A stretch of DNA of 64,000 bases from an uncultured Pelagibacteraceae bacterium (GCA_902570675.1 CACFYZ010000003.1:10066-74065), one strand, 5' to 3'; counted from the stretch's first letter, positions 19,768 through 29,807 are shown. The notes: generated by a model from the sequence alone, not told the origin. Numbers and translations are program-made.

Positions 19768-20540
19768 CCTTTTGCAATAAACGAAGTATTTTTGTATTTT
19801 GGCTTGCCATATCGAAGTATTTTTCTGTCTAAGGTTCTTATTCGACCACCTGCGAATCTTAAAATCGCATCACCAGCTGCAGTATCCCACTCCATGGTAG
19901 TTCCATATCGAGGATAGACATTTGCAAGACCATGTGCAATATAACATAATTTAATTGAACTACCTGAACGTAAAATTTTATTAGCATTAAATTTTTTTAA
20001 AATCATTTCTTTTGCCTTTATCATCTCTTTTTTTGCAAGTGAGTGTGATCGGCTTATTACAATTATATTCTTTTCCCTTTTTTTTATTTTGATTTTCTTA
20101 AGATTTTTTTTCACCCCTTTTTTTGTTAGTTTTGTAAAATATGAACTATTTCCTTTTGTGAAATATAATTTATTTTTTACAGGCATATAAATTATTCCGT
20201 AAATAGGTTTCCCATTTTCAATTAATCCGATATTAATTGTAAATTCACCGTTCTTTTTGAGAAATTCTTTTGTGCCATCGAGAGGATCTACAAGCCAAAA
20301 ATTTTTCTTTTTGGTACTTTTATTTTTGTCGTTTTCTTCAGAAATAATAGGAATCTTTGGAAAATTTATTTTCAGGCCCCTACAAATAATCTCGTTTGCC
20401 TTTAAATCAGCATTAGTAACGGGTGTGTTATCTTTTTTATAGCTTTTGATAATTTTATTATTATATATCTTTAATATTTCCTGACCCGCAGTATGAACAA
20501 GAGAGATTAAAATTTCTGATTGTTTTTCCGATATTTTCAT
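19764..20540 (-). CDS. cysQ: 3'(2'),5'-bisphosphate nucleotidase
   Basis: PVTNAD, ISEE, LVDPLDGTKEF, TMEWDTAAG. Confidence 0.92.
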   Translation of the reverse strand: MKISEKQSEILISLVHTAGQEILKIYNNKIIKSYKKDNTPVTNADLKANEIICRGLKINFPKIPIISEENDKNKSTKKKNFWLVDPLDGTKEFLKKNGEFTINIGLIENGKPIYGIIYMPVKNKLYFTKGNSSYFTKLTKKGVKKNLKKIKIKKREKNIIVISRSHSLAKKEMIKAKEMILKKFNANKILRSGSSIKLCYIAHGLANVYPRYGTTMEWDTAAGDAILRFAGGRIRTLDRKILRYGKPKYKNTSFIAKG

Positions 20541-20611
20541 AAAAAAATGATTACTTGTAAAATAGACATTATGATAAATATATTATAGTTACCATACGTA
20601 AATTTAAAGAT

Positions 20612-21706
20612 ATGAATAATACAGCGAATGATATTAAACTTGTTGATCCAGTAGTTGTTGCTATGTCAGGGGGAGTAGATTCATCTGTTGCTGCCGCACT
20701 AATGAATAATAAGAATGACAATGTCATAGGCATTACACTTAGACTTTACGATGAAAAAAAAGTATTGAAATCAAAGACCTGCTGTTCAGGAGCAGATATT
20801 ATGGATGCGAGAAAAATTGCAAATAATATAACAATTCCACATTATGTATTAGACTATGAAAAAACTTTTAAAGAGAATGTTATTAATCCATTTATCAAAG
20901 AATATGAAGACGGCAAAACACCAATTCCGTGTATTAGTTGTAACGATAAAATAAAATTTCTAGATTTGTTAAAATTTGCTAAAAGTATCAATGCTAAGAA
21001 ATTGGTTACGGGCCACTATATAAAAAAAATAAAAGTAGACGGTGAGTGGAGGTTATATATTGCTGAAGACTCTGACCGTGATCAATCTTATTTTTTATTT
21101 TCATTAAATAAAAAAGACCTTGATTTTATTGATTTTCCATTGGGAGATTATAAAAAAAACGAAATAAGAGATATAGCTTATAACTTAAATTTTCATCTTT
21201 ATGATAAAAAAGATAGCCAGGACATCTGTTTCGTTCCGGATGGCAATTACAAGAATTTTGTTAAAAATAAAGTTAAGTCAACTAAAGGTGAAATAGTTGA
21301 TGTAAATGGCAAATTTCTAAATCAGCACGAAGGTATACATAATTTCACAGTTGGGCAAAGAAGAGGTCTAGGAATATCGCAAGAAAAGCCATTATATGTA
21401 AAAAAAATTGAGCCTCAATCAAATAGAGTGGTTGTAGCATTCAAAGATGAAATAAAGTGTAAAAGTATCAATCTTGATCGAGTTAATTTATTTACTGATT
21501 TAAGTAATAAAAATATTTTTGTTAAGGTCAGATCAACAGGAAGATTACTTAAAGCTAGTATTGGTCAATTATCAGACAACTCAGCTGTAATCAATCTTGA
21601 AAGACCAGAGTCTGCTATTTCTCCAGGGCAAGCATGTGTTTTCTATGATATTGATGAATTAGGAACTCGCTTATTAGGGGGAGGATGGATTTCTTCGACT
21701 AAGTAA
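20612..21706 (+). CDS. mnmA: tRNA 2-thiouridine(34) synthase
   Basis: AMSGGVDSS, TPIPCISCN, TGHY, DQSYFL, DSQDICF, PGQACVFY. Confidence 0.95.
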   Translation: MNNTANDIKLVDPVVVAMSGGVDSSVAAALMNNKNDNVIGITLRLYDEKKVLKSKTCCSGADIMDARKIANNITIPHYVLDYEKTFKENVINPFIKEYEDGKTPIPCISCNDKIKFLDLLKFAKSINAKKLVTGHYIKKIKVDGEWRLYIAEDSDRDQSYFLFSLNKKDLDFIDFPLGDYKKNEIRDIAYNLNFHLYDKKDSQDICFVPDGNYKNFVKNKVKSTKGEIVDVNGKFLNQHEGIHNFTVGQRRGLGISQEKPLYVKKIEPQSNRVVVAFKDEIKCKSINLDRVNLFTDLSNKNIFVKVRSTGRLLKASIGQLSDNSAVINLERPESAISPGQACVFYDIDELGTRLLGGGWISSTK

Positions 21707-21848
21707 AAAAAAAAATTAAATTTATATCTCCACTACATCATCTATTTAGTTGCAATATTAATTGGCACCACAATATTTAGTAATCTATCAAAAAAAAAGT
21801 ATTATTTTTTTATTACCCTGTTATTAAACATTAAAAAATTAATATAAA

Positions 21849-23048
21849 TTGTTGAAAAACATTATGAATATTATTTATCGTAAATTAATTGGTTCAATCA
21901 TAGTTCTTGTTTTACTTACAGGTTGTAGTAATTCATTCATCCAAGGCCAAGGATTTTTTCCTACTGAACTTCCTTTTCAAAATTCTAACAACTCACCCAT
22001 TCAAACTAATATAAATTTAAAGTTAGTCGATATAAACAATGTGCCCATCCAAGTACTTGATAGTATGCCAAAAATTAGTTCAGCTAAAATTCCTGCTGAT
22101 TTAAGAAATATTATTTTTTCAAGCAAGATAGATAATACTTATCCTACATACTTAATTGGTCCTGGAGATAAAATTAAAATAGAATTCCCAACAGATAGCA
22201 ATGTTAATAATATTACAACAAAAGGTCTAAAAGTTGATGCTTACGGAGAAATAGAATTCCCATATTTAGGTAGTTATAAAATATCTGGCTTCAATGCTCG
22301 CGAAGCTGAAGATTTGCTAGAGATTGCTTTATCAGAGCTATATGTTAACCCAGAGGTTTATCTAACTATACAAGAATTCAATAGTAACAAAATATTTGTT
22401 AGCGGAACGAAGCAAAGTGGCAGTAGTGAAACAGATCCATCTCTATCAATTGAAACTACAGTAGTTAATTTAGATGATGTACCTATGACAATAATCCAAG
22501 CACTTAATAGTGCGGGTATTAAATTCAGCGAAGCAAGCCCAAATCCTTTTTTAATTTTAAAAAGAGGCGCATCTAATCATATTGTTGATTTAGGATTTAT
22601 CACAAACGATGCTGATCCAAATATTTACGTGAAAAACAATGATTTTTTGTATCTTCCAAATACACAGTCACAGAAAGTTTATCTTACCGGAGCTGTAAAT
22701 TCAGATACGATTATAGATTATCCTTCAACAATGACATTATCTGAAGCCTTACTAAGAAGTAATATTGATAAGCAAAATGCAAATCTTGAAGAAATATACG
22801 TATTGAGAGTTAACCAAACAATAAACAACGCATTTTATGGATCAGCTTATAAATTAAATTTTAAGTCGCCAACTAGTCTCGTTACAGCAAGTAACTTTTA
22901 TTTGCTTGATAGAGACATAATTTTTGTAAGCTCTAGAAAGCTTGCAAGATGGAATCAAACTATGACTACGTTATTGAATTCACTTGATTTTATAAATTTA
23001 TGGAAATCATATAAACCTATTAATTCAGACGTGTTCAGATCACAGTAA
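21849..23048 (+). CDS. wza: Polysaccharide export outer-membrane lipoprotein (Wza-like)
   Basis: Lipobox LLTGC, YLIGPGD..I, GEIEFPYLG, C-terminal ARWNQ helix; true start probably ATG 21864. Confidence 0.82.
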   Translation: MLKNIMNIIYRKLIGSIIVLVLLTGCSNSFIQGQGFFPTELPFQNSNNSPIQTNINLKLVDINNVPIQVLDSMPKISSAKIPADLRNIIFSSKIDNTYPTYLIGPGDKIKIEFPTDSNVNNITTKGLKVDAYGEIEFPYLGSYKISGFNAREAEDLLEIALSELYVNPEVYLTIQEFNSNKIFVSGTKQSGSSETDPSLSIETTVVNLDDVPMTIIQALNSAGIKFSEASPNPFLILKRGASNHIVDLGFITNDADPNIYVKNNDFLYLPNTQSQKVYLTGAVNSDTIIDYPSTMTLSEALLRSNIDKQNANLEEIYVLRVNQTINNAFYGSAYKLNFKSPTSLVTASNFYLLDRDIIFVSSRKLARWNQTMTTLLNSLDFINLWKSYKPINSDVFRSQ

Positions 23049-23049
23049 A

Positions 23050-25722
23050 ATGAATATCCAGCAAAGTACCGTATCTGAAAAAGAAATTAGTCTTATTGAT
23101 TTATTTTATAAATCTATAAATATTCTTTTTTCACTAAGAAAAACTATTTTAATCTTATTTACTATATCACTAGTTGTTGGTTTCTTTAGTACAAGCTCAA
23201 TAAAACCAATATTTACTGCAAATACAAGAATATTGATTGAGCTTCAAAATGAAAATCTTAAAAATGAGCAAAATATTGATTTCTCATCTTTGAATAAAAG
23301 TGCAATACAAACAGAGATTGAAATAATGCGTTCAAGTGCATTTATTCAAAATGTTATTGATAATACAAGAATTGAAATCCCAATATTTCAGATCACAAGC
23401 GAAAATTCGTCAGTAATTACAAGAGCTGCATACTACATATCTAAATATCTCAGCTTACAATATTTAATGAATATATTTAGTCAGTCTGCTCATGACATTA
23501 AAAATGCATCTATTTCCAAAAGTATTGATGTCGTTTTAGATACAATTGTGAGTAGTATTGATTTAAATAAAATAGAAGAAATAAGGGATAAAATAATTAC
23601 TGAATATGATCTAACAATAAAACAAAGCGATAGATTAAATAAATTTATTTCGGACTTTCAATCTGGTTTCCCACCGAGTTCAGATAAAATAATGCAATTC
23701 GCTTATAGCGTACTTAAGTACAATGGATACTCTGAGTTTGATATTTTCGAATTAGCTAAAGAATATTTACCTGAAAACATAAAATTAACAGATGATCAAC
23801 TAATTGCTAAACTTGAGCAATATAGAAATAATTCTGACTTAAGTACAACTTTTGAAATTTCTAAAATTGATCAAAATGTAATTAATACTGATTTAAGTAC
23901 TACTGATAAAAATGATTATTTTGATAGAACAAAAACAAATAATTTTGATTTATCTAAGATTTCATGGATAAGATCAAACTTAAATATTTACAAAGATAAA
24001 AATTCAAACTTATTGAATGTACAGTTTTCCTCAGTGGATCCATTTACAAGTATTTTATTATCAAATGAAGTGGCGCAAGAGTATTTGAGCTACCAGCGAA
24101 TAAGTAAAGAAAGCGCAGGTTTTTTTACAGCTGAATATTATCAAGAAAAAATTGATGAAATTAGAAAAACACAAGAGATACTAAGTAAAAAAATACTTGA
24201 TTTTGAAAAAGACAACGAATTCTATAATACAAAGGTTAATGATCTTGAATCTGAAATAAATCAAAATCAAAATGAATTACGTGATTTACAATTTGATAAA
24301 GATGAAAAACTTAAAATCTTTAAAATTAAACATCCTGAAATAATAAAAATTATTGATAAGGAAAAAATTTTAACAAAAAGGATTGATGAATTAAATTTTA
24401 GCGTTAATCAAACAAGAGCTATACAAAGTCAATTATCTGATTATATTTCTGAAAAAGATGTTAATGATCAGCTAATTGCAACCTATTTAAATAAGCTTCT
24501 AAGTGTTTCTTCATTCAATCAATCGGATGCCAAAATAATGGAAAATGCTGAAAATGCAAGTTTCATAAATAAGAACGATGCATTAGAGAGGCTTTTAATT
24601 TCTATTGTAATTACAATAATATTAGTTATCGGTTATGCATTATTAATTGTACTCCTAGATATATTAAGCCTTCAAAATAAGGTTCAACTTATTTCACAAA
24701 TTAGATTCTATACTAAAAAAACTCCTTCAGGCACTATTCCTCACCTTCGGGACTTTGTCCTACAAAAAAGTAAACTTTCCAAAGAAATATTTGAAAATAA
24801 ATTTCTTGAAGAAAACTTAAAAAAGATTTTATTGACCTTAAGATCAAATGCAAAATTTAGAAAAAAAACCTATTTAATTAGCTCATCTGCAACAGCTGAA
24901 GGCAAAACTTCTGTTACTTTTCTTCTTGGTCATATTACATCACAATTAAATAAAAAAGTTTTACTGATTGATATGGATGTTGAAAAAGCATCACTTTCAA
25001 ATATGCATAGTATTAAAAATAACTATGGTTTTTATGAATACTTAAATAATAAATCAAAACGAATATCAGTTACTAACCTAATCATGAAGACTAAAAATAA
25101 ATATGATATTATTCCTGCAGGAAATAAAAAAGGAAACCAAAATCTCTCCTTTGAACAAATAAAAATTAAAAGATTTATGAATTTAATTAAAATGCTTGAA
25201 AAAAAGTATGACTATATTTTTTGTGACTCAATGCCCTTAAATTATCAACCCGAATTAATACCTTTTACATCACTTATTAATACAATATTGACGATAAGAC
25301 ATAATAAAACCTCTGTTGCTTCACTAAAATTTGTAATGAATGAGTATAATAAAATGGATTTAGAACAGCCTCAGACCTTATTCAATGATATAGATTTTAA
25401 AAGTTCACGAGTTTTTAGAATGACTAAATACAATTCTGATGAATTGGGTACTGGCGGATACGGTTATGGTTATGGTTATGGTTATGGCTATGGCTACGGC
25501 TATGGCTACGGCTACGGCTACGGATATAGTGCCAATAAAAAGACTCATAAGAATATACTTGATAAATTCATTTTTAATCTAAAAAAAATAAGATTTAAAA
25601 ATTTGCAAAATATTAATCCAGCAAGAAATCAGATGTATTTGAAGATTTTAAGAAATATGGAAATATTATTTAGTAGAATTTACAAAATACTAAACAAGTT
25701 TTTTGAACGATTAGCAAGGTGA
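23050..25722 (+). CDS. wzc: Polysaccharide co-polymerase / BY-kinase (Wzc-like)
   Basis: Two TM segments flanking a coiled periplasmic domain; Walker A SATAEGKTS, A' LLIDMD, B IFCDSMP; Tyr cluster. Confidence 0.8.
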   Translation: MNIQQSTVSEKEISLIDLFYKSINILFSLRKTILILFTISLVVGFFSTSSIKPIFTANTRILIELQNENLKNEQNIDFSSLNKSAIQTEIEIMRSSAFIQNVIDNTRIEIPIFQITSENSSVITRAAYYISKYLSLQYLMNIFSQSAHDIKNASISKSIDVVLDTIVSSIDLNKIEEIRDKIITEYDLTIKQSDRLNKFISDFQSGFPPSSDKIMQFAYSVLKYNGYSEFDIFELAKEYLPENIKLTDDQLIAKLEQYRNNSDLSTTFEISKIDQNVINTDLSTTDKNDYFDRTKTNNFDLSKISWIRSNLNIYKDKNSNLLNVQFSSVDPFTSILLSNEVAQEYLSYQRISKESAGFFTAEYYQEKIDEIRKTQEILSKKILDFEKDNEFYNTKVNDLESEINQNQNELRDLQFDKDEKLKIFKIKHPEIIKIIDKEKILTKRIDELNFSVNQTRAIQSQLSDYISEKDVNDQLIATYLNKLLSVSSFNQSDAKIMENAENASFINKNDALERLLISIVITIILVIGYALLIVLLDILSLQNKVQLISQIRFYTKKTPSGTIPHLRDFVLQKSKLSKEIFENKFLEENLKKILLTLRSNAKFRKKTYLISSSATAEGKTSVTFLLGHITSQLNKKVLLIDMDVEKASLSNMHSIKNNYGFYEYLNNKSKRISVTNLIMKTKNKYDIIPAGNKKGNQNLSFEQIKIKRFMNLIKMLEKKYDYIFCDSMPLNYQPELIPFTSLINTILTIRHNKTSVASLKFVMNEYNKMDLEQPQTLFNDIDFKSSRVFRMTKYNSDELGTGGYGYGYGYGYGYGYGYGYGYGYGYSANKKTHKNILDKFIFNLKKIRFKNLQNINPARNQMYLKILRNMEILFSRIYKILNKFFERLAR
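25456..25527 (+). repeat. 12 tandem GGN-TAY hexamers encoding (Gly-Tyr)12 inside wzc
   Basis: ggatac (ggttat)x4 ggctat ggctac ggctat (ggctac)x3 ggatat. Confidence 0.95.
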
Positions 25723-25734
25723 GCTTTATTCCTC

Positions 25735-25763
25735 TTGAAAATACTCTTTATATTCTTTATAGA
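25735..25763 (+). promoter_or_regulatory. Possible sigma70 promoter for tRNA-Met
   Basis: TTGAAA-17 nt-TATAGA ending 12 nt upstream of the tRNA; AT-rich background weakens the call. Confidence 0.4.
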
Positions 25764-25775
25764 TTTTCTAACTCA

Positions 25776-25852
25776 GGCGGGGTAGCTCAGTTGGTTAGAG
25801 CGGAGGAATCATAATCCTTAGGTCGGGGGTTCAAATCCCTCTCCCGCTACCA
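25776..25852 (+). tRNA. tRNA-Met (CAU), probably elongator
   Basis: GGCGGGG/TCCCGCT acceptor, anticodon arm GAGGA-ATCATAA-TCCTT, no initiator GGG/CCC stem, CCA. Confidence 0.92.
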
Positions 25853-26970
25853 AACTTTGTTGATACATCTAAATATTCATTTATCTTATTTTTCCATGTA
25901 TATTTTTCAAAAGCTAATTCTTTTCCTCTTCTTCCCAACTTTAAACACAATTCTTTGTCTGTTAATAATTTTTCTAAATTTTTCGTGATTTCATTCTGAT
26001 TTCCTGAAGAACACAGTAAGCCAGTTTCATTATTTATAATTGCATCAGAAATACCGCCGCTGTCTGACCCTAAAGAGGGTAAGCCATGAAATGCAGCGTC
26101 TATATATACCATTCCAAATCCTTCAACTGACTGCCCAACTTCTATAGGAGTCATTGCAAAAACATCAGATAAATCAAGCAAAATACTTTTCTCAGGTTCT
26201 GTTATCCAACCTAAAAATATAATATTTTTATTAATATTAAGTTTTCGCGCATAATCTCTTAAATTTTTTTCATAAGGCCCACTACCTGCTATGACATACA
26301 ATAAATTAGGAAACTTATGAATTATTTCTGAAATTGCTTTGATTATAAATTTATGACCTTTTCTTTCCTCTAATCTTGCAAGAGTAACTATAACTGGTTT
26401 TTTTTGATTAACTAAATTTCTAATTTCTATAACTTCATCATCTTTTATTTTAGTTTCATAGAGATCAATACCAGGATGAATGATGCGAATTTTGCTTTCA
26501 TCAATATCAAGGGAATCAATTATTAAATCTTTTGTATAATTTGAATTGGCAATTACACTATAGGCTTTATTATAAGACCTTCTTATTCTTTTAAATTTAT
26601 AATTCTTAATTCCATTAAAATTCTTACACTCTTTTTTTGGAATCTCTGTACCATGAGCAAGTACAATAATTCGATTAAAAGTAAAATTTATTGACTCAAT
26701 ACTTTTCCATGAATCTGCAAATATAGCTTCGACTTTATTCGTATGGACTATTTTCTTTAAATATCTAGCCTTCTGGATTCGCCTAATTGGTTTCCAGATA
26801 TTGAACCTTTTTATTTTATAATTTTGATCATTATCAGATTTCTGCGTAGGACCATCTGCTAGAACTAAAACTTCTTTTCCTAAATTAGACAGTGCTTCTG
26901 CCATTCCTGTCATTAATGACTCTATACCACCTATTTTGGGAGCAAAACATTGAGTTGTGATAATGATCAC
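25831..26970 (-). CDS. Glycosyltransferase family 4 (GT-B)
   Basis: PKIGGIE, HGTE, ARLEERKGH, EGFGMVYIDAA..GLP. Confidence 0.88.
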   Translation of the reverse strand: MIIITTQCFAPKIGGIESLMTGMAEALSNLGKEVLVLADGPTQKSDNDQNYKIKRFNIWKPIRRIQKARYLKKIVHTNKVEAIFADSWKSIESINFTFNRIIVLAHGTEIPKKECKNFNGIKNYKFKRIRRSYNKAYSVIANSNYTKDLIIDSLDIDESKIRIIHPGIDLYETKIKDDEVIEIRNLVNQKKPVIVTLARLEERKGHKFIIKAISEIIHKFPNLLYVIAGSGPYEKNLRDYARKLNINKNIIFLGWITEPEKSILLDLSDVFAMTPIEVGQSVEGFGMVYIDAAFHGLPSLGSDSGGISDAIINNETGLLCSSGNQNEITKNLEKLLTDKELCLKLGRRGKELAFEKYTWKNKINEYLDVSTKFGSGRGI

Positions 26971-26980
26971 TGAGAATTAT

Positions 26981-27541
26981 TTATTCTTTCCATTTAATAG
27001 AGCATCCAATACTAGGAATTTGACTCTTAGGACCTTCACCTGTTTCAGAAACTTGAACCATTGCTTCTAAAAGTTCTTTTCTTGCGCCAGGAATAATCTC
27101 CATTTTAGATTCTTCAAGTCGACCTCTGTATTGAAGCTCATCTTTATTATTAAATCCAAAAAAATCAGGAGTACATACTGCATTATAATTTCTACCAACA
27201 ATTTGAGACTCATCATAAATGTATGGAAATACAAAATTATGAATATCTGAGAATAATTTCATATTATCAAAAGAATCTTCAGCTCCGTATTTCGGGTCAT
27301 TAACGTCATTAGACATAACTGCAGCTATTCCAATTCCTTTATCTTTTAATACTGTAACATCCTCAACTATCCGATGTATTACTGATTTTACGTAAGGGCA
27401 ATGATTACAAATAAACATGATAAGAGTACCATTAGAACCCCGAACATCATTGAATGTATAATATTTTCCATCTACTCCTATAAGATTAAATTCAGGAGCT
27501 TTCCATCCAAAATCACAAATAGGCGTTTCTAAAGCAACCAT
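26981..27541 (-). CDS. Thioredoxin-fold AhpC/TSA family protein
   Basis: FICNHCPYV, AVCTPDFF, YRGR, PSIGCSIKWK. Confidence 0.9.
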   Translation of the reverse strand: MVALETPICDFGWKAPEFNLIGVDGKYYTFNDVRGSNGTLIMFICNHCPYVKSVIHRIVEDVTVLKDKGIGIAAVMSNDVNDPKYGAEDSFDNMKLFSDIHNFVFPYIYDESQIVGRNYNAVCTPDFFGFNNKDELQYRGRLEESKMEIIPGARKELLEAMVQVSETGEGPKSQIPSIGCSIKWKE

Positions 27542-27611
27542 AATTTTTCTTTCTATTGATTTAATATCTGGTTATCATGACTATATTTCTAACTAAACTA
27601 AAAAACAATAA

Positions 27612-28142
27612 ATGATCTATTCACTTGGTGAAAAAAAAATTAATAGAGATAATATGGATTTTTGGGTTGCGCCAAACGCCGCGGTTATTGGAAGTGTGAT
27701 ACTTAAGAAAAATTCAAGTATTTGGTTTGGAGCTGTTTTACGAGGAGACAATGATCCAATTATACTTGGTGAAAATTCAAATATTCAAGATAATTCGGTA
27801 TGTCACACTGACGATGGAATGCCTTTGCTAATTGGAGACAATGTGACGATCGGTCATAAGGTAATTCTTCATAGTTGTTCCATAGGCAATAATTCACTTA
27901 TAGGAATGGGTTCCACAGTTCTTAATAGAGCGAAAATTGGTAATAATTGCTTTGTAGGTGCAAATACTTTAATTACTGAGGGTAAGGAATTTCCAGACAA
28001 TTCACTGATTGTTGGATCACCAGGGGTTGTAAAAAGAGAATTGACTGATATGGAAAAGAAGATAATTGAACTTAGTGCTTTTCACTATGTTCAAAATATG
28101 AAAAAATTTAAAGATCAACTAAAAATTGATGAAAGTGATTAG
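27612..28142 (+). CDS. Gamma carbonic anhydrase family protein
   Basis: IWFGAVLRGD, SNIQDN..H, TIGH..ILH hexapeptide repeats. Confidence 0.9.
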   Translation: MIYSLGEKKINRDNMDFWVAPNAAVIGSVILKKNSSIWFGAVLRGDNDPIILGENSNIQDNSVCHTDDGMPLLIGDNVTIGHKVILHSCSIGNNSLIGMGSTVLNRAKIGNNCFVGANTLITEGKEFPDNSLIVGSPGVVKRELTDMEKKIIELSAFHYVQNMKKFKDQLKIDESD

Positions 28143-29804
28143 ATGATAGATTTTGATTATATAATAGCTGGTGCAGGTTCGGCAGGATGCGTTTTAGCCA
28201 ACAGGCTCTCAAGAGATCCAAACAACAAAGTACTCCTCATAGAGGCTGGGGGAACTACATGGCATCCATTTGTGAAAATGCCTGCAGGTGTACTTGAACT
28301 GATGTCAGGAGAAGGTGCCGGTAAATACTATAACTATGGTTATTGGACTGAGGGTCAACCACACTTAAACAATAGAAAACTTTTTTTTCCTCGCGGTAAA
28401 GGTTTAGGTGGCTCTAGTAATATAAATGGGATGCTTTATGTAAGAGGGCATTCTCGAGACTATGATATCTGGAGGCAATTGGGTAATGAAGGATGGTCAT
28501 ATGAGGAAGTGCTTCCTTATTTCAAAAAATCTGAAAAAAACGAAAATGGAGCCTCTGAATATCATGGGAGTGATGGCGAATTAAGTGTTCAAAATCCTGT
28601 ATTTGAAAATAATCCACTGCATAGATGTTTTTTAAATGCAGGTAAGGAAGCTGGATATAAATACATAGAAGATATTAATCAGTATGATAATGAGGGTTTT
28701 GGACCTTGTCCTCAGACAATTTCAAATGGCTATAGAGCAAGTACGAGCTTTTCATTTCTTAATCCAGTAAAAGATAGAAAAAATTTAACAATTGCTACTA
28801 ATTCGACAACCAACAAGCTATTATTTGATGGCTCTAAATGTGTTGGTCTTGAGTATATAAAAGGTAAAGAAATAATAAAAGCATATGCTGACAGAGAAGT
28901 CATTGTTTGCGGTGGGGCAATAAATTCTCCTCAAATACTACAACTCTCAGGAATTGGTAAAGGGGACTATATAAAAAAATGGGGTCTAAAGGTTGTTGCT
29001 GATCTCCCGGGAGTAGGAGAAAATTTACAAGATCATTTAGATGTATTATCTCACTACGAATGTACTCAGCCTGTAACAGAAGCTAAATATACTGCGGGTG
29101 GACTCGCTGTATTTCGAATGGCTACTATATTAACTCAATGGATGTTAACAAAAAAAGGTCCTGGAAACGACATTGGCTTGTCAGGAGTATCTTTTTTAAA
29201 AACAGACGATACATTAGATTTACCTGATATTCAGATGCATTTTATAGGATCACTTTTGAAAGATCACGGTAAAACAAGACCAGACTCCCACGCATTTAGT
29301 AATCATGTCTGTATGCTTCGACCTGAGAGTAGAGGTTACATAGCACTGAAATCACTTGACCCAACAGTTCCTCCAATAATACAGCCCAATTATTTTGCTA
29401 CGCAAAAAGATCGAGATACCCTTATTAAGGGTGTGCGAATGTCGCGCGAGATCATGAATCAGTCAGCTTTTGATGAATACAGAGGAAAAGAAATTACTCC
29501 AGGAGTTCATGTCCAGTCAGATAGTGAAATTGAAGAATTCATCAGAAGTGCTGCTGAAACTATTTATCACCCTGTTGGAACTTGCAAAATGGGTACTGAT
29601 GAGCATGCAGTTGTTGATGACAGATTGAGAGTCAGAGGAGTCGAAAATTTAAGGGTTATTGATGCATCTGTAATGCCAACATTAATTGGAGGCAATACCA
29701 ACGCGCCAACAATAATGATAGCGGAGAAAATTGCTGATCATATTTTAGGAAATGATTTTCTTCCTCCACAACACGTAAGTTATAAAGATCAAAACGCAGC
29801 ATAA
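28143..29804 (+). CDS. GMC family FAD oxidoreductase (choline/alcohol dehydrogenase-like)
   Basis: GAGSAGC, RGKGLGGSSNINGM, NLQDH, YHPVGTCKMG, GNTNAPTIMIAEK. Confidence 0.9.
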   Translation: MIDFDYIIAGAGSAGCVLANRLSRDPNNKVLLIEAGGTTWHPFVKMPAGVLELMSGEGAGKYYNYGYWTEGQPHLNNRKLFFPRGKGLGGSSNINGMLYVRGHSRDYDIWRQLGNEGWSYEEVLPYFKKSEKNENGASEYHGSDGELSVQNPVFENNPLHRCFLNAGKEAGYKYIEDINQYDNEGFGPCPQTISNGYRASTSFSFLNPVKDRKNLTIATNSTTNKLLFDGSKCVGLEYIKGKEIIKAYADREVIVCGGAINSPQILQLSGIGKGDYIKKWGLKVVADLPGVGENLQDHLDVLSHYECTQPVTEAKYTAGGLAVFRMATILTQWMLTKKGPGNDIGLSGVSFLKTDDTLDLPDIQMHFIGSLLKDHGKTRPDSHAFSNHVCMLRPESRGYIALKSLDPTVPPIIQPNYFATQKDRDTLIKGVRMSREIMNQSAFDEYRGKEITPGVHVQSDSEIEEFIRSAAETIYHPVGTCKMGTDEHAVVDDRLRVRGVENLRVIDASVMPTLIGGNTNAPTIMIAEKIADHILGNDFLPPQHVSYKDQNAA

Positions 29805-29807
29805 ATT

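Noticed and set aside
23830-23905. Short duplicated peptide DLSTT in the Wzc periplasmic domain
   Set aside because: Only two short degenerate copies in AT-rich sequence; not enough to call a repeat element.
25456-25527. Tandem repeat as a possible CRISPR array or non-coding VNTR
   Set aside because: 6-bp in-frame coding units, no spacers and no cas genes in the window.
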